Assembly (NCBI GenBank): GCA_963713975.1 | Contig: OY970218.1 | Coordinates: 3,488,001-3,552,000, forward strand | Direction: 5' to 3' | Source: an uncultured Chloroflexia bacterium | GTDB taxonomy: Bacteria > Chloroflexota > Limnocylindria > Limnocylindrales > CSP1-4 | DNA length: 64,000 nucleotides | Shown: positions 1 to 9,591 of the stretch, one piece after another | How positions within the stretch are numbered: position 1 is the stretch's first letter | Layout of the letters: each line of letters starts with the position of its first letter | The notes under the pieces: generated by a model | What the model was told of the DNA's origin: nothing | The model's input: the letters and a program-made list of their open reading frames with translations, nothing else | Databases searched by the model: none | Program-made: the position numbers and the translations under genes

Positions 1-1137
1 GCGGCCCTCTACGCGGCGGCCGACGTCGCCTGGGTCGCATCGCTGCGGGACGGCATGAACCTCGTCGCCAAGGAGTTCGTGGCGTGCCAGCAGGACGGCA
101 AGGGCGTCCTGCTGCTGAGCGAGTTCGCCGGTGCGGCGGGCGAGATGGGCGAGGCGGTCCGGGTCAACCCGTACGACGAGACGGGATCGGCCGCCGCCCT
201 GGAGCGTGCCCTCACGATGGCCGAGGACGAGCGCCGGGAGCGGCAGGCAGCGCTGCTCCACCGGATCACGACGAATACGGCCGTCGCCTGGGCGGAGCGT
301 TCCGTGGAGGATCTGCGGCGCACGGTCGGCGGACGGGCGCTGGGCTCCGGGCCGATCCCGGAACCGCCGCTGCGGGATGTCCGACACGCATTCGCCTCGG
401 CGAGCCATCGCATCTGCTACCTGGACTACGACGGCACGTTGGTCCCTCTTGCCGCCCGCCCGGCAGATGCTGCACCCGGCCCGGCCATCGCCGAGATCCT
501 GGGAGCCCTCGCGCGGAAGCGTGGGACGACGATCGTGATCGTCTCGGGCCGACCGGCAGGCGACCTGTCCTGCTGGTTCGGCCACCTGGACGGCATCTGG
601 CTCGCGGCCGAGCATGGCGCCCTGCTCCGGGCCCCGGGCGATCCCGAGTGGCGGTCGCTCCGACCGGGCGCCGACGGGGAATGGAAGGCCCGCGTTCGAC
701 CGGTGCTCGACCAGTTCGCCGCCCGCGCCCCGGGCAGCACCGTCGAGGAGAAGGAATACGCCCTCGCCTGGCACTTCCGGCTTGTCGAGCCCGAGTTCGG
801 GGACTGGCTGGCCAACGAGCTCGCGATGACGCTCGACCAGTTGCTGGCCGGCACCGAGCTCGCGGTGCTCCGAGGGAACAAGGTGGTCGAGGTCCGGTTC
901 GCGTGGGCGAACAAGGGCGAGGTGGCGGCCCACGTCCGTGCGTCGGCTCCCCCGCCGGAGTTCGAGCTGGCGATCGGGGACGACCGGACCGACGAGGACC
1001 TCTTCGAACGCCTGCCGGATGACGCCTGGACGATCCACGTGGGACCCGGCCAGACACGGGCCCGGTTCCGCCTGGCCACCCCGGCACCCGCGGTGGCCTT
1101 GCTTGCCAGCCTCGCCGGCAGGAGCGCCCGGAGATGA
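1..1137 (+). CDS. otsAB: Bifunctional trehalose-6-phosphate synthase/phosphatase, 5'-truncated by the window edge
   Basis: Frame is open from base 1 ([32 protein letters not shown] = GT20 C-terminus), followed by a HAD phosphatase domain ([27 protein letters not shown]). Confidence 0.93.
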   Translation, partial: AALYAAADVAWVASLRDGMNLVAKEFVACQQDGKGVLLLSEFAGAAGEMGEAVRVNPYDETGSAAALERALTMAEDERRERQAALLHRITTNTAVAWAERSVEDLRRTVGGRALGSGPIPEPPLRDVRHAFASASHRICYLDYDGTLVPLAARPADAAPGPAIAEILGALARKRGTTIVIVSGRPAGDLSCWFGHLDGIWLAAEHGALLRAPGDPEWRSLRPGADGEWKARVRPVLDQFAARAPGSTVEEKEYALAWHFRLVEPEFGDWLANELAMTLDQLLAGTELAVLRGNKVVEVRFAWANKGEVAAHVRASAPPPEFELAIGDDRTDEDLFERLPDDAWTIHVGPGQTRARFRLATPAPAVALLASLAGRSARR

Positions 1138-1138
1138 A

Positions 1139-1179
1139 GAAGCCGGCCCCGGGAGCCCGAAGGCTCCGGGACCGGCTTC
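1139..1179. terminator. GC-rich hairpin between convergent genes
   Basis: GAAGCCGG...CCGGCTTC inverted repeat immediately after the otsAB stop and 12 bp from the iolA stop. Confidence 0.6.
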
Positions 1180-1191
1180 GACCGCGAAGTT

Positions 1192-2718
1192 CTAGCTGTT
1201 GCCGGGGAAGACGAGGCTCAGCGGCCCCTGCTTGCCGGGCTCCGGCCAGCGCTCGGTGACCATCTTCTGCTGGGTGAAGAAGCGGACGCCGTCCTCACCG
1301 CGCATGGCGAGGTCGCCGATCGCGGACTCCTTGGAGCCCGAGAAGCTCATGTAGCCCGCGGGCACCGGGATCGGCACGTTGACGCCGATCATCGGGACCT
1401 CGACCTCGAGCTTGAAGCGCCGCGCGGCGCCGCCGTCGGTCGTGAACACCGCCGTGCCGTTGGCGTACTTGTGGTCGTTGATGAGCTTCAGGCCCTCGTC
1501 GAAGGTGTCCGTGTGCACGATGCCGAAGACGGGGCCGAAGATCTCCTCCTGGTAGATCTTCATGTCCGGGGTGACGTTGTCGAACAGCGTGACGCCCAGG
1601 AAGAACCCGTCCGGGTTGGGCCCGACGAACGTACGGCCGTCCACGAGGAGCTCGGCGCCCTCGGCCTCGCCGACGTTGATCCAGTTGATCACCGACTGGC
1701 GGTGCTCATCCGTGTAGATGGGGCCCATGTCGACGCCCGGCTCCATGCCGTCGCCGATCTTGAGCCGTGCGATCCGCTCCATGATCTTGGGCTTGAGGCG
1801 CTCGGCGGTGTCACCCACCGCGACCATCAGCGTCTGGGCCATGCAGCGCTCGCCGGCCGAGCCGAAGCCCGCCGCGACCGCCGCGTCCGCGACCAGGTCC
1901 ATGTCCGCGTCGGGCAGGACGAGCATCGCATTCTTGGCGCTGGTGTAGGACCCGACGCGCTTGCCGCGCTTGGTGCCCTCCTCGTAGACGTAGCGGCCGA
2001 CGGCCGTCGAGCCCACGAACTGGATCGCCTTGATGCCCTTGTGCTCGACGATCGCCTTGACCGCCTCGCGGCCGCCGTAGACGACGTTGAACGTGCCGTC
2101 GGGTCCGCCCGCCTGCGTCCACAGCTCGGCCTGGAGCTGCGTCGCACCCGGCGTGTGGGAGGACGGCTTGAGGATCACCGTATTGCCGCACATCAGTGCG
2201 ATCGGGTAGATCCACGTGGGGACCATGACCGGGAAGTTGAAGGGCGCGATCGCCGCGACGACGCCAAGCGGCTGACGCAGCGTGAACGCGTCGACCTTGG
2301 TCGACACGTTGGGCGTCATCATGCCGGAGAGGTGAACCGGCAGGCCGCACGCGAAGTCGATCGTCTCAATGCCGCGGAGGACCTCGGCGAGGGCATCCGG
2401 GAAGGTCTTGCCGTGGTCGCGCGTGATGAGCGCGGCGAGGTCCTCGCGGTGCTGGTACATCAGGTTGCGGAACTGGAAGAAGATGTTCGAGCGCGCGATC
2501 AACGGCATGTCGCGCCAGGCGGGGAATGCAGCCTGGGCCGCCTCGACCGCGGCGTCAACCTCGGCCACTCCGCCGCGCGGGACCCGGGCGAACACCTGGC
2601 CCGTCGCCGGGTTGGTGATGGGGCCTGTGTTCTCGGCCAAGACCTCGACGGCCGTGCCGTTGATGTAGTGGGACAGGATCGGCAAGACCGCCGTCTGCTC
2701 CCGGGTCTCGATCGCCAT
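1192..2718 (-). CDS. iolA: CoA-acylating (methyl)malonate-semialdehyde dehydrogenase
   Basis: ALDH fold: PFNFP, LKPS, FVGST, GSAGERCMA catalytic Cys, EEIFGPV, YANGTAVFT, VNVPIPVP; lies near iolB. Confidence 0.9.
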   Translation of the reverse strand: MAIETREQTAVLPILSHYINGTAVEVLAENTGPITNPATGQVFARVPRGGVAEVDAAVEAAQAAFPAWRDMPLIARSNIFFQFRNLMYQHREDLAALITRDHGKTFPDALAEVLRGIETIDFACGLPVHLSGMMTPNVSTKVDAFTLRQPLGVVAAIAPFNFPVMVPTWIYPIALMCGNTVILKPSSHTPGATQLQAELWTQAGGPDGTFNVVYGGREAVKAIVEHKGIKAIQFVGSTAVGRYVYEEGTKRGKRVGSYTSAKNAMLVLPDADMDLVADAAVAAGFGSAGERCMAQTLMVAVGDTAERLKPKIMERIARLKIGDGMEPGVDMGPIYTDEHRQSVINWINVGEAEGAELLVDGRTFVGPNPDGFFLGVTLFDNVTPDMKIYQEEIFGPVFGIVHTDTFDEGLKLINDHKYANGTAVFTTDGGAARRFKLEVEVPMIGVNVPIPVPAGYMSFSGSKESAIGDLAMRGEDGVRFFTQQKMVTERWPEPGKQGPLSLVFPGNS

Positions 2719-2765
2719 GTGTGCTACTCCTCCGCGGAAACTGGTGCTGGACGCCGTGGTTGATC

Positions 2766-3866
2766 TCAGGCGGACTTGAGGTCCGGATTGGGCATCATGA
2801 TGTCGCGCACGACGCCCTGTAGATCGTGGTACGACTGTACAAAGCCGCGCAAGGTCCGCGCGGTCGCGCCGAAGCCCGCGAAGTCATCTGGTGACAGGCC
2901 GTCCGGCTCATATGCGCGGCGGAAGTCCGGCACCCGGGCCAGCAGGTCATCGACCAGGTGCTGGTCCACAGGCACGTCGATCCGCGACACAGGGTCGATG
3001 CCCGAGTTGTTGAAGCGGACCTGCCACGGGTACGGCATCGTGAGCACGACGTCGCCACCCACGAGTTCGGTCCAGTGCAGCCGGTGGCGGTAGGCCGCCA
3101 CGAGCAACCGGGTCCGGTAGCCGCGCTCCTGGAAGATCCCGTACGCACGCTTGAAGGCGGCGATGCCGGCCCAGTTTGCGGCGGCCGGGTCGAGCGCGAT
3201 GTCGTCCTTCTCGACCAGGACCTTGATCCAGTCGTCGAGTCGGCCGATCATCATCGAGCAGACCGGGCTGAACTTGCTGCTGTCGCCACCGGCAGCCTCG
3301 AAGCGCTTGATCCCGCGCTCCACCGCCTCGGCGGCGGCGATGGACTGGGCGACCGTGAACACCACCGTGATGTTGGCGACAACGCCCCGGGCCGTCGCGT
3401 CCTCGACCGCCTGCAGGCCGGCGGCCGTGCACGGGAACTTGACCTGGATGTTGGGGGCGAGGGTGTTGAAGTGCACCGCCTGGTCGGCCATTCGCGCCGG
3501 GTCCCGGTAGTTCGCGGGGTTGGTCTGGAGCGACAGTCGTCCCTTCATGCCGTCGTGCGCGTCGAAGACCGGCTCGAGGATCCCGGCACCACGGGCGCCC
3601 ATCTCCTCGATCAGCGCCCAAGTGAGCTCGACCTCGGACCAGGTCGGGTTGGTCGCGATCATCTCGCGGACCCGCGGGACCCAGTGGTCCTTCTCCTTCT
3701 TCATCACCTCCCCCACGATGACGGGGTTGGAGGTGGCGCCGGTACCGCCGCGCTCGACTGCGTAGGCGAGCTCGACGACCGCGCAGGAGTCATTCCAGAA
3801 GTCGGTCGGAGTGGACTCGACCATCCGCAGGAGCGGGCTGTCGATTCCGGCGGTAGTGGTCGTCAT
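2766..3866 (-). CDS. Transaldolase/FSA-family class I aldolase with atypical active-site residues
   Basis: FWNDS, ATSNP, Schiff-base Lys in IQVKFP, NITVVF, IGRLDD. Start reassigned to ATG 3866, which has a GGAGA RBS. Confidence 0.85.
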   Translation of the reverse strand: MTTTTAGIDSPLLRMVESTPTDFWNDSCAVVELAYAVERGGTGATSNPVIVGEVMKKEKDHWVPRVREMIATNPTWSEVELTWALIEEMGARGAGILEPVFDAHDGMKGRLSLQTNPANYRDPARMADQAVHFNTLAPNIQVKFPCTAAGLQAVEDATARGVVANITVVFTVAQSIAAAEAVERGIKRFEAAGGDSSKFSPVCSMMIGRLDDWIKVLVEKDDIALDPAAANWAGIAAFKRAYGIFQERGYRTRLLVAAYRHRLHWTELVGGDVVLTMPYPWQVRFNNSGIDPVSRIDVPVDQHLVDDLLARVPDFRRAYEPDGLSPDDFAGFGATARTLRGFVQSYHDLQGVVRDIMMPNPDLKSA

Positions 3867-3991
3867 AGGTTCTCCGTTGCCTGGGAGTGGGCGGGCGCAC
3901 CGACCGTCACTATAATCGATGATCGTTGATCTTTTCGCAAGGAGCGCCGCGTCCCGGCCACGCAGGTCGCGGCGCACCGCACGCCCGCATC

Positions 3992-4879
3992 CTAGTCGGA
4001 CACCTTGGGCGCCTCGGGACTCCAGTTCATGAGCCACGCGTGGTCCGGGTCGATGGTGAAGTGCCAGGCCCGGTTGGGCCCGGCCATGATGTTGAGGAAG
4101 TAGCAGTCGTAGCCTGCGGGCACGCCCACGGGGTGGTAGCCCTCGGGCACCAGCACGAGGTCCCCGTCCATCGGCGTCATCGACTCGTCGAGGGACCGAT
4201 CAGGGGTGTAGACGCGGGCGAACGCGAACCCCTGCGGCTTGGCGAACTTGTAGTAGTAGAGCTCCTCCAGGCGCGCCTCAACCGGCGGATCCTCCGTGTC
4301 GTGCTTGTGGGGTGGGTAGCTGGACCAGTTGCCACCCGGGGTGTATGCCTCGAACGAGATGAGGCGACCGGCCTCGGCGCCCGGCGGGAGCAGGTGGTGG
4401 ATCCGCCGGGTCGTGTTCCCCTCACCACGTGTCTCCACCAGGATGTCCCCGGATTCGATGAGCGCGGTGCGCTGGACCGGACCGCCGGGGGCGGCGGCAA
4501 TGCCGACCAGGGCCTCGGTGTCCGCGGTGACCAAGATCTCCTGACCGGGCGCCACGAGCACCACGGGGGCGGGCGGGCCGTCGAACACCGTCATCCGCGA
4601 GCCCGCCACCCCGAAATCGCGGTCCCCGGCCTGTACTCGGGCGTAGCCCTCGAGCAGCAGGACGAGGCGCTCCTGATCGTCGGGCTCGCGGGTCACCACC
4701 TGCCCCGGGGCCAGGCGGTAGACGTGGAAGGAGACGTAGTCCCATCCGGCCGAGGCGGGATCGATCCCACACACGAGGCCGTCGGGCCCCGCGTCGGCCG
4801 CGCGGCGGAGGAGGCGCCGCGCGGCCGACGAATAGGCGGAGCCCGGACCGCCATTCCCTGTGGTCAAGGGCAAAGTCAT
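3992..4879 (-). CDS. iolB: 5-deoxy-glucuronate isomerase
   Basis: GNWSSYPPHKHD, LEELYYY, VPEGYHPV, YFLNIMAGP. ATG 4879 has a GGAGG RBS. Confidence 0.95.
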   Translation of the reverse strand: MTLPLTTGNGGPGSAYSSAARRLLRRAADAGPDGLVCGIDPASAGWDYVSFHVYRLAPGQVVTREPDDQERLVLLLEGYARVQAGDRDFGVAGSRMTVFDGPPAPVVLVAPGQEILVTADTEALVGIAAAPGGPVQRTALIESGDILVETRGEGNTTRRIHHLLPPGAEAGRLISFEAYTPGGNWSSYPPHKHDTEDPPVEARLEELYYYKFAKPQGFAFARVYTPDRSLDESMTPMDGDLVLVPEGYHPVGVPAGYDCYFLNIMAGPNRAWHFTIDPDHAWLMNWSPEAPKVSD

Positions 4880-5035
4880 GGCTGGTGGTCCTCCGCTGTC
4901 CGGGCCGGTCGCCGGTCCCCGGCGGATGGGCCGTCCGCCAGCCTGCTCCCGATGTGGCTCGGCCGATGGTCGGTCGCGCCGGACCATCGTTCCGGCACGG
5001 TCGCCCCGTGAAGGCCACACCCGGTCGGCCCTCCC

Positions 5036-5049
5036 GGCAATCGATTACA
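5036..5049. promoter_or_regulatory. Candidate LacI-family operator upstream of iolB
   Basis: AT-rich near-palindrome GGCAATCGATTACA with a central CG; a related TATAATCGATGAT lies at 3911-3923 upstream of the aldolase gene. Confidence 0.4.
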
Positions 5050-5128
5050 TGGTGCAATCTTGGCCTACCGGGACGGCATCGTCAAGCACCTCCGGCGGGG
5101 AACGGCGCGGCTGGGGCGGGGGGCACGC

Positions 5129-5191
5129 GGCGGCATCGGGCGGCCGCCGGGCGGCATCGGGCGGCCGCCGGGCGGCATCGGGCGGCCGCCG
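5129..5191. repeat. 21-bp tandem repeat, 3 copies
   Basis: GGCGGCATCGGGCGGCCGCCG three times with no spacers. Confidence 0.9.
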
Positions 5192-5564
5192 GGGGCCCGA
5201 GTCTCGCTCACAACCGCTGGACTGCCCGCTGATGGCGAGCAGCGTCCCCGCTGAAGGGGCTCCGCGCCTCGTTTCGCTCGCTGATGGCGAGCGAAACAGG
5301 GATCTGCGTGGATGGGTGGGCCGTCAGGCGAGCGGCGGAGGTCAGAGAACGACGAGTCCGTTCGCCCCTGGCAGGCACCCGCCTCACACGATCGGACCAG
5401 CCGACCCCCGGCTGCCGCGGGCAGAGCATTCGCCGAGGACGAACGCTCCGCTTCGAACGGGCGGGTGTAGAGCGAGCAGCACAGCCGCCCGCGGGGCCAC
5501 GCAGTGGGCCGCCCGCGGGGCGACCCGAAGGGCCGCCCCGCTCGAGCGGGACCGGAGTCGCGGA

Positions 5565-6878
5565 TCAGGCCTTGCGGGACTTGCCGTCCTCGGTCCGCAT
5601 ACGGCAGGCGTTGCTGGACCGGAAGTAGCGCTCCTTGCGGGCCATCTCGGGCATCGGGGCCGCGTACTGGTACTGCTCCGCGGAGAGCTCCGAGACGAGG
5701 CCATTGAGCTCCGTGTCCGAGCCGGCGTAGGCGCGGACTCGCTTGCGGACGCCCTCGAGCACGCCACGCGCGTCCTCGTAGCGACCCTGGCGGTTCAGGT
5801 GCACCGCGTCCTGGCGGGCTCGCTCGGCGAACACCCGGGCGACGACGCGATCCACCTCGACATCGCGTGGCTGGGCGTCGTTGGCGCCGTGGCCCGCATA
5901 GGCCCAGGCCACCGAGACCGGCTCGAGCGCCGGCCGGGCCGCGTCGAACGCGCCGTCGCGGTCCCCCACTCGGACATGCACGCCCACCTCGCGGTCCACC
6001 TCGCCGAAGTCGAAGACGAGGTGCAGCACGAGGGAGAGCAGCTGACCCGAGACCATGTCACCGAGGAAAACCCGGGCCCGGCCCGCGGTCTGCTCGACAC
6101 GGAACGGCGAGAGCGAGTCAACCCGGACGGACTCCGGCAGGACCAGCTCCAGGACGACGTCGCGGGCCACGACGTCCAGGGTCTCGCCCACCTCGGACGT
6201 GATGTGGTCGCGCATCTGGGCCACGTCACCCGCGAAGTAGAAGTGGCCGCCCCCGTTGTCGGCCATTGCCTGGAGCAGCGACTCGTCGAAGTCCGTGCCC
6301 ACGCCGAAGGTGCTGGTGGCAACCCCCCGCCGGCGCAGCTCGAGCGCCAGTCGGGCCAGCTCGCCGTGGTCGGTGACACCCTGGTTGGCAAGGCCGTCCG
6401 TGAGCAGCAGGACGCGGTTGACGCCCTCGGGTGCCAGCCCGGCCGCGGCCTGCTCGCAACCGGTCAGCCATCCTGCGTGCAGGTTGGTGCTGCCGCGGGG
6501 CTCGACACCGGCGAGTCGCCCGGCCGCCTCGCTGCGGGCCTGTGGGCTGGCCATCATCCCTGCGACTGCCACGTCCACGCGGTCGTCGTAGGTCACGACG
6601 GAGAACCGGTCCTCGGGCTCCAGGCGATGGATGGCCTCCAGGGTCGCCTGCTTGGCGAGGGACAGCTTGTCGCGTCCGCCCATAGAGCCCGACCGGTCGA
6701 GCACGAAGGCGAGGTTGACGGGTGGCCGACGTCGCGCCGGATCCGGTGCGACGGTGGGTGCGGTGACGTCGACGAGCAGGTAGCGCACGCTCCGGCCATG
6801 CGCACGGATCAGGCGGCGGTCCGGCCGGACCACGAGTCCGGGGTCGACCAGGCGGTCGGTGTTGTTGTGCTGGGTCAC
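5565..6878 (-). CDS. vWA domain protein (YfbK/CLCA-like)
   Basis: MIDAS motif VLDRSGSM, GSTNL, LLLTDGLAN, FGVG.DFDE.LL; no signal peptide. Confidence 0.9.
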   Translation of the reverse strand: MTQHNNTDRLVDPGLVVRPDRRLIRAHGRSVRYLLVDVTAPTVAPDPARRRPPVNLAFVLDRSGSMGGRDKLSLAKQATLEAIHRLEPEDRFSVVTYDDRVDVAVAGMMASPQARSEAAGRLAGVEPRGSTNLHAGWLTGCEQAAAGLAPEGVNRVLLLTDGLANQGVTDHGELARLALELRRRGVATSTFGVGTDFDESLLQAMADNGGGHFYFAGDVAQMRDHITSEVGETLDVVARDVVLELVLPESVRVDSLSPFRVEQTAGRARVFLGDMVSGQLLSLVLHLVFDFGEVDREVGVHVRVGDRDGAFDAARPALEPVSVAWAYAGHGANDAQPRDVEVDRVVARVFAERARQDAVHLNRQGRYEDARGVLEGVRKRVRAYAGSDTELNGLVSELSAEQYQYAAPMPEMARKERYFRSSNACRMRTEDGKSRKA

Positions 6879-7016
6879 GATGGGCCTCCTTCTCGATGGC
6901 TGGTCGAGGCCCGGATGGGGCGGGTCTCACGGTCCGGCGTGGCTCGTACGAGCGGGCTCGCCGGATGCGGTTGGGTTGTCCTGGGGGGCGGGGTGGCAGC
7001 CGATGCCGACGGGCGG

Positions 7017-7673
7017 TCAGTGCTCCTCTTCGAACAGCTCGCGCGCAATCCGCTCAAGCTGGTCGATGCGCTTGTTGCTGCGGCGGTCCAGCGGGCGCCT
7101 GACGTGGATCTCGACATCCGACGTGATGGTCAGCCGCTCCCACGTGGAGCGATCGGGTTGCGTGTGATGGTCCGGCGCCGGGCCACTTGCCGGCGGTTCG
7201 GGCGACGACCGCTGGGCAGCCATCGCGGGTGGGGCTGGGGCAGCCGATCGGGCGGATGGCGGAACCGTATCCAGCGTCATCGTCCGCCGCAGCAGCGCGG
7301 TCTGACGGCCGGGTTGCTGCTCGATGGTCGAGGCCACGCCCGACTGGTCCATGAGCGATCGGATGAACGCCAGCGTGTCGTCCGGATCCCGCGACGGTGC
7401 CATCGCTGGTGAGCCCAGCAGCTCGGCGGCGTCCACGACCTCCTGGTCCCCCATCCGGTCCAGGCGCGACCGGATCTCGGCCAGCGGCAGGTGGTCCCGC
7501 TGCAGGCGCTTGATGATCCTCAGGCGGGCGAGGTGGCCCTCGCCGTAGCGCGTGGACGGACCGGCCGCTTCGGGCGACGGCAGCAGTCCCTGGGCGACGT
7601 AGTAGCGCACCGTGCGCGGCGTCACGTCCGCGAGACGGGCCAGGTCGCTGAGGGTGTACGGGTCGTCCGGCAT
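7017..7673 (-). CDS. MerR-family HTH transcriptional regulator
   Basis: YTLSDLARLADVTPRTVRYYVAQGLLP...Y...HLARLRIIKRLQ. Confidence 0.88.
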   Translation of the reverse strand: MPDDPYTLSDLARLADVTPRTVRYYVAQGLLPSPEAAGPSTRYGEGHLARLRIIKRLQRDHLPLAEIRSRLDRMGDQEVVDAAELLGSPAMAPSRDPDDTLAFIRSLMDQSGVASTIEQQPGRQTALLRRTMTLDTVPPSARSAAPAPPAMAAQRSSPEPPASGPAPDHHTQPDRSTWERLTITSDVEIHVRRPLDRRSNKRIDQLERIARELFEEEH

Positions 7674-7679
7674 GGGCCG

Positions 7680-7708
7680 ATTGTGACACCATCACCGTCT
7701 GCTGTCAA
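7680..7708 (-). promoter_or_regulatory. Sigma70-type promoter for a leaderless merR-vWA transcript
   Basis: Minus strand: TTGACA-17 bp-CACAAT with extended TG, 6 nt before the ATG; a TGACA...TGTCA inverted repeat overlaps it. Confidence 0.65.
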
Positions 7709-7812
7709 GACCTTCTTCATGGAACGGTATCCGGGCGCGAGGACCATCGGCTGGCGACCCGGCGGCCGATTTCCGGGTTCCACGCCACCCCCGCGTCTGG
7801 CACCCTGCGCTC

Positions 7813-9468
7813 ATGCGTGCCGCGCTGCTCCTCCCCGCCCAGCTCGTGACCGCCCTCGCGCTCGCGGTGTTGCTTGCCGTCCCGGCCGTCCTCGCCTCGC
7901 CGGCGGGGCCGGTGTCCGCGGCCGAGCCGGACTGGCCCGCATCCAACAGCGGGTACCACAACTGGCCCGAGCTGGTGGCCGAGATCAAGCAGGCCGCCGC
8001 GGACTATCCGGAGATCGTGAAGGTCTTCTCGATCGGCAAGAGCTACCAGGGCCGTGACATCTGGATGGCCAAGGTCAGCGACAACGTGGACACGGACGAG
8101 GACGAGCCGGAGGTGCTGATCGACGCCCTCCACCACGCGCGCGAGCACATGACCACGGAGCAGGCGCTGGCCGTGCTTGGCTGGCTCACCCGTGACTACG
8201 GCGCGGACGAGGCCGTCACGCGCCTGGTGGACCATCGCGAGATCTTCATCATCTTCGCGCTCAACCCGGACGGCATGCGGTACGACCTGACCGGGGACCC
8301 GTACCACGCCTGGCGCAAGAACCGCCAGAAGACCGCGTCGGGCAGCACGCTGTACACGGACCTGAACCGCAACTACGGGTACCGCTGGGGCTGCTGCGGC
8401 GGCTCGTCGGGCAAGAAGACCTCGAACATGTACCGGGGTCCCAGTCCGTTCTCCGCCCCGGAGACGCGGGCGCTGCGCGACTTCGTGAACAGCCGGGTCG
8501 TCGGTGGTGTCCAGCAGATCGGGACCCACGTGACGCTGCACACCAACGGCGAGCTGATCCTGTGGCCGTATGGCTACACCAAGGTCAACATCCCGTCGGA
8601 CATGACGAAGCTGGACCACTCGACCTTCGTCTCGCTCGGCAGGGCCATGGCGGCGCTCAACGGCTACGCGGCCAAGCAGTCGTCCGACCTCTACGTCACC
8701 GACGGTGACCAGATCGACTGGCTGTACGGCCGCCACCGGATCTTCTCGTACACCTTCGAGCTGTCCCCCACCGAGAAGAAGACGGTCTGGGGGGACCACT
8801 ACCCGGATGATTCGAAGATCGCGGCACAGACGGCCCGGAACCGGTCCGCCATCCTGCTGCTGATCGACCGGGCCTCGTGTGCCTACGCCGCGCTTGGCGC
8901 TTCGTCCAAGCAGGCCAACTGCGGTCCCCTGTTCGATGACCTGGAGATCAACCGTGGCTGGGTGCGCAATGCGGCGGGGACCGACACGGCACGGTTGGGA
9001 CTCTGGCAGGTGGCCAATCCGTCCGCCACGAGCAAGAGGGGCCCGAAGCAGCTGGGCACAACGGTCTCCGGCTCCTCCGCGCTCGTGACCGGCGCCGCCG
9101 CCGGATCGTCGGCAGCGGCCAACGACGTCGACGGGGGACGGACGACGATCCGGAGCCGTGCCATCCGGCTGCCGGACGATCCCGCCGCGTACGGATCACT
9201 GACGTTCCGCTACTCGTTCGCGCATGCCGCGAGCGCCACATCGGCCGACCGGTTCCGGGTCATGGTCGAGGACGAGACCGGCTCGGTCAGCACGGTGTTC
9301 GAGCAGCTCGGCGCAGCGCGTGATCGGGACGCCACGTGGGCCACGGCCAGCGTCTCACTGGCGCCGTGGGCAGGCCAGTCGGTCCGGCTGGTGGTCGAGG
9401 CGAGGGACGGCGGGCACGGCAACCTGGTCGAGGCCGCCGTGGACGACATCAGGATCCGCCGGCCCTAG
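7813..9468 (+). CDS. Secreted M14 zinc carboxypeptidase (carboxypeptidase T-like) with C-terminal beta-sandwich
   Basis: Signal peptide; HHAREH, NPDG, WRKNR, DLNRNY, FSAPET, TLHT, TFEL. Confidence 0.9.
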   Translation: MRAALLLPAQLVTALALAVLLAVPAVLASPAGPVSAAEPDWPASNSGYHNWPELVAEIKQAAADYPEIVKVFSIGKSYQGRDIWMAKVSDNVDTDEDEPEVLIDALHHAREHMTTEQALAVLGWLTRDYGADEAVTRLVDHREIFIIFALNPDGMRYDLTGDPYHAWRKNRQKTASGSTLYTDLNRNYGYRWGCCGGSSGKKTSNMYRGPSPFSAPETRALRDFVNSRVVGGVQQIGTHVTLHTNGELILWPYGYTKVNIPSDMTKLDHSTFVSLGRAMAALNGYAAKQSSDLYVTDGDQIDWLYGRHRIFSYTFELSPTEKKTVWGDHYPDDSKIAAQTARNRSAILLLIDRASCAYAALGASSKQANCGPLFDDLEINRGWVRNAAGTDTARLGLWQVANPSATSKRGPKQLGTTVSGSSALVTGAAAGSSAAANDVDGGRTTIRSRAIRLPDDPAAYGSLTFRYSFAHAASATSADRFRVMVEDETGSVSTVFEQLGAARDRDATWATASVSLAPWAGQSVRLVVEARDGGHGNLVEAAVDDIRIRRP

Positions 9469-9591
9469 CTCCGGGTGCGGGCCCGGGCCGCGGACCCGGG
9501 CCGCGGACCCGAGCCGCCAGCCCCAGTGCAGGCCCGGTCCGGCCGCGCATCCGGTAGCCTCGTGGTACAGGCATCGGACAGCGGAGGCGGC

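Noticed and set aside
5129-5191. Possible CRISPR array
   Set aside because: Three contiguous 21-bp units with no spacers and no cas genes; a simple tandem repeat.
5278-5300. Hammerhead-like CTGATG...GAAAC
   Set aside because: The core reads CUGAUGG rather than CUGANGA, there is no proper stem II, and the segment is explained by a simple hairpin.
4860-7412. 850-aa ORF and many other long antisense or overlapping ORFs across the window
   Set aside because: Expected stop-poor shadow frames in high-GC DNA; they lack motifs and overlap well-supported genes.
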